Source: Vicugna vicugna (taxonomy: Eukaryota). From it: DNA of 64,000 nucleotides. The notes under the pieces are model-generated. The model saw only the letters and a program-made list of their open reading frames with translations, made no database searches and had not been told where the DNA came from. Shown here piece by piece: positions 13,508-26,000 of this stretch; the first letter of the stretch is position 1; each line of letters opens with the position of its first letter. Where the stretch lies: the NCBI GenBank assembly GCA_013265495.1, contig MU058796.1, positions 248,001 to 312,000 on the forward strand. The letters run 5' to 3'. The translations under genes were made by a program, and so were the position numbers.

Positions 13508-14676
13508 GGATCTTCAAACACTGATCTGGACTTTGATTTTCTTCTGAGATACAACTTAAGAGCTTTAAAAAAATGTCTTTTAAAAAATTCTTACAAAATA
13601 TGTAAGGTGGTTTTTTTTCTTTTTTTGATAATTTGTGTTTCTATATGGCCAAATTGCTCTGTTGTTATAAATACTGTATGTAAAATTACCAGATTGCCTG
13701 GCATTTCATTTTTACAAGGGATACTGCATCGTTAAGCATTGAAAGAATATAATATAACTATTCAAACTGCTTAAAATATTTTGTAGCCATAAATTATTAT
13801 CCAAAAATATTTTTCAAGTAGATAAAAAGAGTTGTCAATTCTGCATAGTGAATGCCTCATAAGGGGCTCGTTTGTGGTTGAAAACTGAATAAAAGCAGTA
13901 AATTAAGACCAGACTTAACCATAGAGAAGCCGTAATCCACTGCAGATTTCCTTGGTGAATGAAGTATTGTTATGTGGATTTATCCTCCTTGCTTGTACAG
14001 TTAACAAGTCACATCTGTGGCCAAAGTGTTGTCTGTGCTCACAGACAATGCGGGTTCACTAACCCCAGGGAGGTAAGCCCACAGTGGTTTATATTCTATT
14101 GATAAGTGCAAAGTAAACTTCACAACTGTTTCACAGGAGCTGCCTTTGAAAGGGCAGAAAGGATGTTGGACGTGAACTATTGTTAAGGATGGTGAGGGGT
14201 ATCACAAGATGATGGGCGGGCACTTGAGAAACTGTGAATGACACTGGGTGTTCAGTTTTCTAATAGGCATTATATTAGCCTAGATGAAGCCAAGTGAAAG
14301 GTGGATGTTAAAAAGGACAGGAGCCTCTGGGGCTTCTGAATGTACCCAGAACTGAGAAGGAGTAGGAATATGGTATAGATTAAAGGAGCATCACTCATCA
14401 TAAATATTCAATTTCAAGAATTTAAATAGTTTACAGACATAGAAGCCCTTGATGATTATTTTATCCAGCATTGTTGATTTTCCTCTGTTGTTTGTCGGCA
14501 GCCACCATAATTAATGAGTAAGACCCTGGAAATCTTGACGATGAGTCAGTTTAGTCTAAAGTCTGTGTATTTTCCTTTGTGATTACATGCCAATAAAATA
14601 ACTGATTTACCTTTTTGTAAATTAAGCTAAAGGGAGCCAAATCAGTCAGATCTCTGCTATTTTTTTTTTCTTTTAG

Positions 14677-14782
14677 AGCCCAATGTTTCCAAAGGACATT
14701 AATTTTGATTTCTCTGATGAAGGCTTGTGGCTGCCCCTCATACTTTACAAAATAGTACCAAATCAGAGCCGAAAAGAAAACT
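14677..14782 (+). ncRNA. Candidate 106-nt exon of a plus-strand (antisense or UTR) transcript
   Basis: Acceptor 'ttttttttttcttttag|AGCCC' and donor 'AAACT|gtaagt'. No convincing coding frame. Confidence 0.4.
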
Positions 14783-17700
14783 GTAAGTGAACATTATTTC
14801 AAAACAGTTGTTTTTCTTTATTTAGGAAAAGTTTCTCAGATTTCTCTGTAATTCATTCCAATATGTTCACTTTGTAAGAGATGTAGGAAAAGAGAAAAGA
14901 GAGAGAACACGTAGGTGAAAAATGCCTTTTTATTCTATAGAGAGTTGATATTTTAAAATGTTGAGTCCAACAGCTTTCTAAAACAGTATTTTATAACTAA
15001 AGTCAACTTTGCAAGAAAAACGTTTATTCTTGAACATAAGCAGGTACTTGTATCTTACTGTTATAGTAATGTGTATAAAGTATGCCTTGTTTCAGTGTTG
15101 GAATCCTTCAGATCAAGAAACTTTCTTGAAATTTTTCAAAATTGGAATATTGTTTTTCTGTAAGAGGTAAAATATTTGGGCTAATGAGATCTTTATTAGA
15201 TTCAGCAACTCTATTAAAGTGTAAACAGGCTATCTGCTCAAGAAAAGGTCATTGGGAATTACAAAGTAACATGGATCTCCTCACACTGATAAAGAGACCC
15301 TAGGAAACATTCGCTCTTGTAAATATGTGGAGATTTGATCTGATTCCTGAAGGATAAAGTTTATAATTACCATCTTCACTTAATTAAGAAAAACCATGAC
15401 TTGGTTGTACTCATTACATCTTTACAAAAGTGTATTTCTGAGGAAAGCACAATCTTTTTGTTTTGTTTTGTTCGTGCTTTCCATTTTTTTTTTGTACTAT
15501 AGCACAATCTTGAAATCTGTAACATTATAGGATATATGTGTACATTCCATCAATACTGCTGGAGTTTCAAAAGCCTTCCTTCCAGTTAGTGAAGAGGGGT
15601 AGGGTGCTAGTTTCATGTAGGTTTAGTTCAGATTGCCTACAAATTTTGTATAAGTTCCTGAACTTAAAGACAATGTTTTTCTAATCAAATACAACTATTT
15701 AAATCACATCCCTCAGCTCACCCCCCATACATACACACACCCTCTTTGGAAGTTGAAGGGAGAAAACTTTAAGAGAAACTGTCATTAGCAGTAAATTACT
15801 CTCTGGTGCTTTGGCGTTATATTTTCCAAAGTGGTTGCAGATTGATCAAAATAGTGATTTATTGTTATACTTTTCCATGGCTTCTGTGTACTGTAACAAT
15901 TTAATAAAGTAATAGGACTTAGTCTTAAAAGAAAGAGTGCTCATTAGCGTTTGTAATTCCATGTTGTGTGGCATGTTAAGTGTTGTGAAAAGGTTATGGA
16001 TCTACTCACTGTAGCATCAAAAGTGTAAAGGTGATAGGTGAGATTCTCTTTGTTGCAAGTGCTGAGAAATAATCATTTAAAGGTCAGTTGCACTCAAAAA
16101 AGAACATTTGTTTAATAAGTAACTCATTTTGGGATATGTTGCATTTTTAAAGGTTACAGTAGACCAATTTGCCAGTGATGTCAGCAAGAAGTACTATTAA
16201 AGTCATTGGTCCTAGTAAAACAATCCACATTGCACTCTTTCTCACATAGCCCAGCACACATCAAAAAGTGCCCCAAACCATTCATAATGTGGTTTAGTAC
16301 TCAGCTCCTCCTAAAGGCAACAGTGCAGCTTTAGGAAAGAAAACGTGTTAGTACACACGTGCATACCATCCCACATCTGATTCGTTCTATTTTGCTTCAT
16401 TCTTTCAGTTTCATTATTATCCAAGAACATGCCCATGTGTCATGAGTTATAAGATTTCTCACTGAATTGTATGCCAAAACTATCTTGCTAGAAACTCTTA
16501 TAGGAATGAGATAACTATTTATTCAGCTATATAAATGAAAAACTATTTATTTCTATCTTTTCTTATTCCGAGACCAACTTCCCTCCTACTACTTTCCCCA
16601 TCCCAAGCCAAAAATAATTTGGCTTGGCAATAAAATGAAGTGTTAATCTCTTATGTGGACAAAGGAAAAGTAACAACAGTAATATGGGCATTTTTTTTTA
16701 ATACAGAAGGGTTTTTTTTTTCCCCCAAGATCTGAATAAAGGTGGTAGTTTAATACAATTCCTTTAGTATGAAAAAAATTTGCCTTTAGGGAACTGGTGC
16801 ACAGAAATAAAAGTTATTGTTGTTTTCATATTTAGCATTTTTGAAGCAGTGTTTTAAGCTGGCAGTAATTTTCTCTAGAAAATTAGATTTTGACTTGAGA
16901 TGGATATATTAATAAAATAATTTCAAGAAAAGTCTGTCCAGAAAGCAACCCCTCTGAATATGCGATTGCTTAGGATTTACATTTACTTTACTCTTTACAT
17001 AAGTTGCAAAGCTTCCCAGTTGTGGCATTTTGTTTGTGATAAACAGTGAGTTCTTCAGTGTTTTTAAGGAATTGATTTTTAACGTAAGCTGAATAAGAAA
17101 TGTAATTACGATTTAAAATAATACATTTTCATGCAAACTTCTAAGATTTGTTATTTAAATTTAAAGGAGCTGGAAAGCATATAACTTTTACCCTATTGTA
17201 AATTAAGAACTGTCTTTAGGTCCGTAAGACATTTGCAATTATAAGAAAATACTATGCTCTTATTTCAAGCAACTTAGCTAAGAATCAAGTTATTCTCTTA
17301 ATTTGCCTTGCTTTTCATTTGAAAGAGGACAAAATCTATTTCCTGGGCAATTTTGCAGAGCAAAGATATTAATACTTTGGGGTTTAATTGTATCCTGTGT
17401 TTAAATACACTGTGGGTGAAACCCCAGACCTCTGCTTAATTGCTGTGAGAAAATAGCCTGATTTCTCTGAGATTAGGCACACGCTTATGTATACTTTGAC
17501 CCAAGAGTGCCTCTTTCAGAATTAATCTTCTAAGGTAGAAGGATTTGCTTTTATATGTGCTGCAGGGCCATTCGTGACTAACGGGGCCTAATAAACTAAC
17601 TTCACCCTCCAGACCTCGCTTTTGCTGTCAACGTTTTTCTTCATCTATTCGTTTCACACATCTCTTGTCCAGTGGCTTATTAGCAAAACCCTAAACTGAG

Positions 17701-18746
17701 CAGGAGGAATAAGTTTAATGGTGTTTTTTAATTAGAGGACTTTGAAATTTAAATCAAATATTTCAGAAATAAATGAAAAAGAAAACTTCTGTTTTTACTA
17801 ATGAAATGTAAAGTGTTCTAAAATAACTCCATTTAAGTAAACACTGTAGCCTTGTGAAAAGACAAACAATTCACATTTACTTAAAATTTTGCTCTGCAGC
17901 TGTATTTTGTTGGATTCGTCTAATGTATGAAAGCGCTTTTTCTTTCCCATCAGCTACATCAGAATTGTTTTTGTAAGATGTAACAGAATGTTCTGGTTTT
18001 TAAATATTTATATTAATCAAAGTTAGAGCTGTTTATATTTTTTGGCAATAGGGCTTTTCTTTAAAAGTGATGCACTTCCATCTAACTAAACAAAAGTGTT
18101 GAAATGGCCTGTCATGTAAACTTCAACATAGTACAGTTGGTAATAGAAATTTTGAAGACATGAGGAGAGGGGCGCTAGTCTCTAGGCTTCAAGTTAAACA
18201 TGGATTAATAAAATGTGCAACATTGGTTATTTTCAAGATTTTCCTGAGGAAATATCATTCATTGCCACGTATAAACTATGGAGTTACCTGACTGAAAGTT
18301 TTGAATTCAGGTTCCTTGCTTTGTTTTCTGGCGACATTGGTAATTCAAGCCTAAAAGCTGGCCAGAACAAACCGCTAAAGCTGAGGGCTTACTAAATCAT
18401 TCAATTCATAAAAAAACTTCTTTATATTTTATGCACTTCTTAACAGTTTTAGTAATGACAAAAATATCTTCATGTTATTTATCTACAATCTTCTATATTT
18501 TTGAGCAAAAACAGCTCAAACTAAAGCATTTTTGAAGTCAAATCTATAGCTTTGTCATTACTACCAGCTTTGATTGGCTAATAAAAAAATTGTATGGTCT
18601 GTCTGAATTCTCATAAGGGAAATGGAGTCTCTATTAAAGACATTTAAACAGCAAGCCAACCCTTGACAAAATTCCTTCATAGTTAATGCAGTTCTTTTGT
18701 AGTTTGGACAATCCCAAATACTCTAGAAGCTTAGTGAGATACACCT

Positions 18747-18848
18747 TTAAGTCGACTGGTCCACTGGGGCTTGTGCTGGTGGTGGTGATGGTGGTGCCAT
18801 TTTCGTTGGATAGTTCAAATTGTGATGATTCATTTGTAGAAAATTATC
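18747..18848 (-). CDS. Candidate coding part of terminal exon (phase 0: DNFLQMNHHNLNYPTKMAPPSPPPAQAPVDQST*)
   Basis: Minus strand has a CTAAG branch-like motif about 30 nt upstream of 'cccactcttcctgtttag|GATAAT'. The frame is open to TAA at 18747-18749 and in phase with the 93-nt exon at 54849-54941. Protein not recognised. Other frames stop early (xIIFYK* or immediately). Confidence 0.3.
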   Translation of the reverse strand, partial: DNFLQMNHHNLNYPTKMAPPSPPPAQAPVDQST

Positions 18849-20585
18849 CTAAACAGGAAGAGTGGGACCAGAGCACTTAGTCCCAAACATGGAAGTTATA
18901 AAGGCTTTTGCTTTCAGGGACTGGTAAGCACCTATCATACAAACAGGAAGTATTATTATGCATTGCAGGCAGAAGGGCTAAAGGTCTCCTGTTCGAACTT
19001 TTGGCCCTTCCAGATTCCTTGATCCTTCATTATTTTGTTTAACTTGATGTAAGTCTTGACCAGTAGCTGACTCTGAGAAAACATTTCCTGACATCATTTG
19101 CAGAGGTGATGTGGGATTATTATGTGTGCCTTTTCATTTTAGGTTGAGAGTGAAAAGTCTAACAGTGATGCCTGGTTAATACTTCATATATGATCTTTTA
19201 ATTACCAAGTCAGACTAATTCATTCCTTTGGCCTTTAGCATTACCACTTTATTTTCAAACATTGGTTAAAATAACCAGTGTACTCACACACACACATTCA
19301 CAAACACAGGCACATTTAAAGAGGCAAACATGTGCTGTAGTAAAAGAGGAAAGAAGTAGGCTCCTTTTAATTACCTCATTCATAATATAAAGTGGTAAGG
19401 GAAGAGCAAAAAAGGTCAGAGTATAATAAATATAAAATTTAAATCTCTAAGCTAATTTACTTTTTTTATTGTACCAGCTGAAGCCAATGAAAATAAACAT
19501 GTATTCCATTATGTCACACTATTATGGATAATTATTAATATCTTGTTTCCAGTTTTTATGCACTCTTGGTGTAATCCAAATCTGTGCATTAGCCTGGGTA
19601 GGGGGTTTTGCTTGACATAATTGACATTATATAGTCCAAAGCACAGAGAGAAGAAAACGTATCTATAATCTTTACTCATTTCCAAACAGGGGGATAATCA
19701 GACTTCTCTTTCTATTGTACGCCCTCCCTCTTCATGCAAAGTTTCCTTTGAAGTCAGAGGGAGCTGCAGGAGAGGCTGAGAATGTGGCTGGAGGAAAAGA
19801 ATGAATATTATCAGGTCAAATTCTCATAACCAGGCTTTATGCCACATTAACCATTGCATTTCCTATAATGAAAAGCCTTTTATTATCATTTAACCTTCAG
19901 ATTTATTCTAAGATCTAATACAATTTCTAATAATACACTGGGGATTTTTCTTAAGAATATTTATTTGAACTTTCTAAGGCTATATCCACAACCCAGCCCC
20001 TCAAAAACATAAAGAAATTTTTTTTAAGAAAAACTGAAATCTTAGCATCACTTCCTGCTTATATGAAAGTCTAGAAGAATCAGAAATTCTAGCCAGTTAA
20101 ACTAGCCTCCAGAGTGACTACAATGCAGAGAAGTTATAAAGGAGGTGGTAGTTGACTACTTTTAAAACACTCTCCTCTCAGTTCTCCCTGGCTCCCTTCT
20201 TCCCACCTTCAAGGAAAGACAAAATATAGGCTTGCATTTTAGATCTCCTAGCTAAATTTTAGGCTTGCGATTGCCACTTGAAAGTTTATTTCTTAGTCCC
20301 TGTTTGTTACAAATCACAGGAAGCATGAACTGTTATAATTCATAGGGAGTAAAGTTATATAAACTCATGCAACAATAGACTGAAGGTGTGGACAGTCATT
20401 TGATTTAGGTGAACAGACCATTGTCCAAAGATTCTCTTCAGTTTCCAAATCTCTAATGAGAGGAAAAGGATTGAAAGCAGGGTCTAGAATAGAATAGACT
20501 AATTTGTTGGGCTGAGAAGCTGTCTGGAGAAAGCCAAGTTCTTCATTCAATATATACATATAAAATTCTGTGTGATAATAATTAT

Positions 20586-20706
20586 CACATGGCTTAGAAT
20601 AGTATTCTTTTAAAAAGTATTTATTTTAATATATATTTTCATATATAAAGGTATATATTTTAATAAATATATACATATTTTTAAGAGTACTATGCTAAGC
20701 CACATG
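20586..20706. repeat. Imperfect ~120-bp inverted repeat
   Basis: 'tggcttagaatagtattctt' pairs with 'aagagtactatgctaagcca' (2 mismatches in 20). The AT-rich inner arms also pair. Confidence 0.75.
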
Positions 20707-21490
20707 GTCATATTTACAGATACAAAAGCAATTCACATGATCCTTGAAAAATTCAAATTTGTGTGAGGGAGGAAAACATGTTAATAAGCAATCACCAAAC
20801 AAGTATGACAAGCAATGTGACACAGGCATGTACTATGCTATAAAAGCACAGAGAAGGAAGTTATTCATTCTTCCTGGATTTTGGAAAGAAGTGCTGGGTT
20901 GGTCAAAAACAATTTCACAGGAAAGGTGACAAGTAAACTCTGTCTTAAGGTATAAGCAGGTATTCACAAGCAGAAGAAGAGGGACGGGCCCTCCCAGGCA
21001 GAAGGAGTAGCGTGGATTCAAACCCAAGCATGTCTTATTCAGGGAATAAGTTGTTGAGTCTGCCTGCAGCACATGGTATACAAGCTGTATGTAGAGGAAA
21101 GAGTCTACTAGAATTCAGTTCCAAGCTATAGGCCAAAGCCTCGTATATTATGCTAAACAGTTGAGACTTCATCCAGGAAACTGTGGAAAGTCACCAAAAT
21201 ATGTAAGCAGAGGACTAACATGATTAGAATTGTTTTAAAAGATAGTTGGCCCCAGTATAGAGGAAGGTTTGGACAGTAACAAGAATAGGATAATGAACAT
21301 CACTGATAGCAAAGTAGAGAATTGAAAATGAATGGGTGCCTTGGCTATAGTAATGAATTAAGGAGAGATTTTAGGAGGTAATTTTTTTTTCAATTGGCAA
21401 CCTCAATCTATGCAACTTTTCATGTGCACACTATCAGGTTTGGGTCAGGGTGATGGGTGGATAAAAGATTTTTCCAGTAGTAGAAGATGG
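20690..21490 (-). mobile_element. L2 LINE fragment
   Basis: Typical antisense L2 text, e.g. 'tatgctaaacagttgagacttcatcc...taagcagaggactaacatgattaga...ttttaaaagat'. Confidence 0.7.
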
Positions 21491-22379
21491 TGTCATAAGT
21501 CAGAATTCCAGGAAGTAGGACACAAGTATGAAATTCATCTGAAAATAATTTATTAAGGGAGTGCTCTTAGGAGAAGGGGAATAAGAGGAACTGAATAGGC
21601 AGAAGACAGCCAAGAAGGATGTAGGCTTGGATGAAAACTAGCTTTACCTTACCCTGGTCCCTTGGGAAACTCTGGAGCATAAATTGTACCACCGGATTAA
21701 CACCTCTTATTTCCAGAGAGAATAATTTTCAGCTGACTTGGCACTATTAAACTGAGGGCAAATCTTTGAGAAGGATGCAGCCATGAGCTATCAGCAGCCA
21801 AACATTCACAGCAGCCGGTGGATGGGAGTGACGCCAGTGACACACCAGTCTACCCTTTGCACTGCTCACACTCACTCGCTTCGTACATTAAGTTTTCTCT
21901 TTCCAGGTGCCCAGCTGCTTCAGGATTCTGATTAGTATAATAGTTTAGTATAGTGTAGTGTTTTCTAGGCTAATGCATAAGAGAAGAGATAGAACCAACT
22001 ACAGCTTCTCCTGCTGCAGTTTGTCCCAAGGCCGTAACATAGTCATCATCTCCCCCCTCCATCACTCTTCCAGATGCTCTTTTTTATAGGTTAGTACTTC
22101 TGCAGGTCTAAGTGGATTGCCTGGAGGGGTAAGCCAAATTAGCATCTCTAAGGTGCCCTGAGCGCCCGCTTACCATGCCCTTATCAGGTTGTGGTTGCTG
22201 TCCTTGCCCATTGCAGTTAAACAAGACATGGGAATACCAAAATATGTCCCAAAGATCACCTGAGAGACAAACACATTACTCCCTGCCTCCTATATGTGGC
22301 ATTATTGCTGCCGCTTCATCAATAGTAAGGTCAGTTTCCCTCCCAATATAGAAACTTGTTTGTGCCAGCTAGTCCAGTG

Positions 22380-22773
22380 GCACAGGAGCCCAAAGTAATC
22401 TGGCAATAACTTTACATTTACTGAGACTCTTGCGATGTCCCCTGATGGAAGCTTCCCTTCATTGGACCAAGGACCTCTAGATTCAAAAAGCTAAAGTTAC
22501 AGGGATGGATCACTGGAAGTGATGGTGAATGGAGTCTGTCTGACATCCACCGTTTGATTCCTGAACTCATGTATCCTACCTTTGGGGGACAGAGTACCAT
22601 ATATCCATGGTTAAAAGTGAATACAATGCCCTGAAAGATGGCAGGTACCCATGCTCACAGAGCATCATCTCTAAGCTGGTGCCTTAGTTGTGTAGAGTGT
22701 GGTAGGACCAGTGAACCCCAGGGTCATGTGCCCATTGACATACGTCCTTTGTCATAAAGTGAGTTCCTTGGTC
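22380..22773 (-). pseudogene. ERV-L integrase C-terminal and dUTPase remnant
   Basis: Minus-strand translation DQGTHFMTKDVCQWAHDPGVHWSYH resembles ERV-L IN DQGTHFTAKEVRQWAHAHGIHWSYH. 'LEVLGP' resembles the ERV-L dUTPase-region 'LEVLVP'. Confidence 0.75.
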
Positions 22774-23320
22774 CAATTAACATGATGCTATCCGTGTAGT
22801 GCACAAATATGATGTTCTGCAGGATATCCAGACAGTCCCAGTCCTTTCAGACTGTGTTTTGCCTGAGCTGCAGAATTAACATAGCACTGAGAAAAGAGCA
22901 TGACCACTGTTGTTTATCCACATGAATGTAAACTGCTTCTGATCTTCCTTCCTGATAGGTATTGAAAAAAACATATTTGCCAGAGTAATAACTATAACCT
23001 TGTACGCAGGTAACTTGCCCTAGTGCATATATCAAACACAGCATGGCAGTAGCTATTGAAACCACAACTTGGTTAAACTGGCAATAGTCCACTGTCATCC
23101 AGCACGATCCATCTAGTTTGTGTATCATTTACACTGATGATTTATATGGCGATACGATGGAGAACCTCACCCCCGCATCCTTTAAATCTCTGAGAATGGT
23201 ACTAACCGGTGCAGTTTTCCTCAGGGTGTGACCACTGATTTTTGCAGAAAAGATAGGACTTCCACTTGGCTTTTGCCAGTACGATAGCCAGTGAAGAAAA
23301 CAATGGTAGAATTCTATCAA
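22769..23320 (-). pseudogene. ERV-L reverse transcriptase N-terminal remnant
   Basis: ORF-track peptides 'LRDLKDAGV...SPY' and 'KLDGSCWMTVDYCQFNQVV' resemble ERV-L 'IKDLKDAGV' and 'KTDGSWRMTVDYRKLNQVV'. The YIDD motif has decayed to VHYTDSIMLIG (YTDS at 22787-22798). Confidence 0.8.
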
Positions 23321-23849
23321 TTTCTCAAAGTATAATCAATTGTACATTCAAGGACTAGGTAAATGACCACTGGATGAATGTGTGGACCCAGTAGATCTAC
23401 CATGAAATAAATCTGGATCAGGATTCCTCCATTTACTTCCTGCCACTTATAAATCCCCATGCCAACAGAGAGCTCATGATAGTGCTACAGCATCAAATCA
23501 TGCCTTGTATCTAAGTCCCAGAAAGATCTGAGTATCTCCTTTGCCCAGTGTGTAGTTTCCTGAGTAAATAGCCCTTGTCCTTTTTGGGAAGGCCTCTAGA
23601 GTCACACTTGTTATAATGTTGCAGTTTCTTTCTCATGGGGACTCAGCATCTCTTTCAGTCAGTGGGTTCTGGCTCTGAGAACTGGAGCATGTCTGAAGAC
23701 AGAGCAAGAGATTTTAAAATTTCTAGTCAGTTACCTGATCTCAGTCTTGCTCATCTTTTTTTAAATCTCCTTTGATTATGTATTAAACAATACCTTTGTT
23801 GGCTGCCCATCTGTCTTGCTCTTAAACAAGGTAACCACTCCCATAGATA

Positions 23850-24740
23850 CTTTAGAAGAGCCCCCCCTCCCCACCTGCAGGACAGCCATTCCAACCTGGC
23901 TTCCCTTTACGGTGATTGTACCCACTTTTCTTCTGACAGTTCAGTGCTTCCCTGTACCCTCCGCTAACCTGGAATTCTACCATCCCCACTGCTATAGTGG
24001 ACACCAGTCCTGTAACTGGGTCTCCACTATCCTTGGCCTGGGAAGGGCTATACTTCTCCACTGTTGGAATCCCCCTTATCAGCAGATTCCTCATCACGTT
24101 AATAAACAGAAGTTTTTCTGACCTTGCTGAGGCACATTCTCAGAAATGGGTTGCTCAGTATTAATCAGCCCATTTTTACATGCCCATTTTTTAGTCTGTT
24201 TTTCCTGCCTGCACAGTCTGTTACTACGTGCTGGGAGCGCTGCTTCGTTTCATGTGGGCCGTCACTTTTTCCAAGCATCCAAGAGCTATCCCAGTCTTAT
24301 ATTAGACCTATCAGCCAGGACCTTGCTAGGGTGTTAAATTCTCTCGCTAGAGAGTAACACTATATTGGCAAACAGTTCATATTGCTTATATTCTCCCACG
24401 TTGATCCAGAACCCTCAGAGGCCACCCCTAGGCATACTCTTTGGACACATATCAGGCAACGCCTAGTACTCCTTAGTATATAAACTCATCTCCTCCCTTG
24501 GAAGACCATTACTTTCCTGGGTAGCATATGCCAAGATACAGCTCCAAATTATCAGTCTGAGTCCCATGACGGGAAGTACAGACAGATTCTGAGGACTGTC
24601 TTGTGATGAATCTGCCTCATCTGAGACTTTGTAGTCTTCAAGAAGGAGGCTCTCTTCTTCAGTAAGAGGGAAGGGGCTTACTAGGCACTGCTGCAAGTCA
24701 GAAGTGTTTGGGAGCATACGCAGATTTAAGGTTCTCAACT
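23850..24740 (-). pseudogene. ERV-L gag remnant
   Basis: Frameshifted peptides 'MRNLLIRGIP...EALNCQKKSGYNHRKG' resemble ERV-L Gag 'LRNRFVRGAP...AALNHQRQGG'. Confidence 0.65.
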
Positions 24741-24995
24741 ACCCAGATGTTCCTATCTCAAATCTCAGGATCCTACTCTTTTTCTTCCAGAGACTGACTG
24801 TGGCCTAGGAGACTTGCCTAAGTGAAAATTTAGCCTTCTTTAAAGTTCTGCCACTTTTACAATTATGATGTGAGCCTGATCTTCAAATCTGTTTGCCCTC
24901 TAGCTACAAGAGATGAGTGTCTCTTTAAATGCTGCTAATGAGTCTTTCTGACTCCCACAGTTTGCTTTAAATTCTGAATAATAGATCTGAGCCTG

Positions 24996-25524
24996 TGTGG
25001 CAGATAGGCTGTGAGAAGGTTCCCAATGAGCCCAGCCTCCTAGCATTTACACCATTGTATCATACACTTTCTTGAGTACGGGCTGGCCTTTTGACTTGCT
25101 TTTAACCAACAGAACATGATAAAGGTGATGCAGTGTCATTTTCATGATTAAGCTACATAAGGTTGTGACTTCATTCTTGCTAGCAGAATCCCTCTCTTGC
25201 TGGCTTTGATGAAGTAATCTGCCTTATTGGAGAGGCCTATGTGTCCAGGAACTGAGAACAGCCTTCAGCCAGCTGGTCACAAGGAACTGAATCCTGTCAA
25301 CAATCACATGAGCTTGAAAGTGGATTCTTTCCCAGTCAAGCCTCAGGTACAACCCCAGCCCTGGATAACACCTTGATTATAGCCTTTTAAAAGATCCTTT
25401 AGCAGAAGACCGAGTAAGCCATCCCTGAATTCCTGACCCATAGAAACAAGGAGATAATAAGTGTGTGTTGTTTTAAGCTGCTAAATCTGTGATCATTTGT
25501 TACACAGCAGTAGTAACTAATAGA
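24996..25524 (+). mobile_element. MaLR solo LTR (MLT1E/F-like) nested in the ERV-L
   Basis: 'tgtggcag...ttgctggctttgatgaagta...aaggaactgaatcctgtcaacaatcacatgagcttg...gttttaagctgctaaat...ttgttacacagcag'. Confidence 0.8.
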
Positions 25525-25689
25525 GTATGTGTTTTTCTCTTTTCAGTGTGTGGATGATACTTAGTAACAGTCATTCAAATCCGTAGTTCTTATAGTTCCA
25601 ATTTCCTCTACTTCTCAAAGCTGGAGATACTTCATTATCTGTGGTATCCCCTCCTACCAGTATCTCAACCCGTGTGTGAACATTTTAGC

Positions 25690-25879
25690 CTGGAGTTGGC
25701 AAACGTTTTCTGGAAAGGACCTAAGAGTAAATATTTTAAGCTTCGCAGGCCATATAGTATCTGTCTCAAAAGACTCAGCTGTGCTCTTCAATGCGTAAAT
25801 GACGGTACTCCAATAAAACTTCATGTACAAAAAGCAATGAGCTGGATTTGGCCCACAGGTCATAGTTTGCTGACCTCTG
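25690..25879. mobile_element. MER58A-like MITE nested in the ERV-L
   Basis: 'gttggcaaacgttttctg...agtaaatattttaagcttcgcaggccata...ggatttggcccacaggtcatagtttgctgacc'. Confidence 0.8.
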
Positions 25880-26000
25880 ATCTTAATAATCACACTGCTT
25901 CAGAATTGCCAGGAACTGGCAATACCATACCTACCATCAGTGACGTGGAATCTCATTGCCATCTACCTCCAGAATCTCATCTCAGACTCTGCTTCCTAGG

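Larger units (their letters stand above)
11450..18746 (-). other. Putative long 3' UTR / non-coding part of the terminal exon of an unidentified minus-strand transcript
   Basis: About 7.3 kb with no recognisable interspersed repeat, unlike both flanks. It follows a good 3' splice site at 18849-18850 and ends at a minus-strand AATAAA (11471-11476) with a downstream U-rich tract. Strand and extent are inferred. Confidence 0.4.

Noticed and set aside
14677..14782. Vague recollection of similarity to a human 5'-UTR or lncRNA exon
   Set aside because: Cannot be verified without a search, so no gene symbol was assigned.
18730..18848. His-rich frame with two in-frame TGA codons (selenoprotein idea)
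   Set aside because: No similarity to known selenoproteins and no SECIS identified. The His run comes from a short CAC repeat.
18686..18880. Plus-strand 64-aa ORF and acceptor-like 'ttcttttgtag' overlapping the terminal-exon start
   Set aside because: No recognised product or partner exon. The minus-strand reading better explains the adjacent repeat-free block. Not fully excluded.
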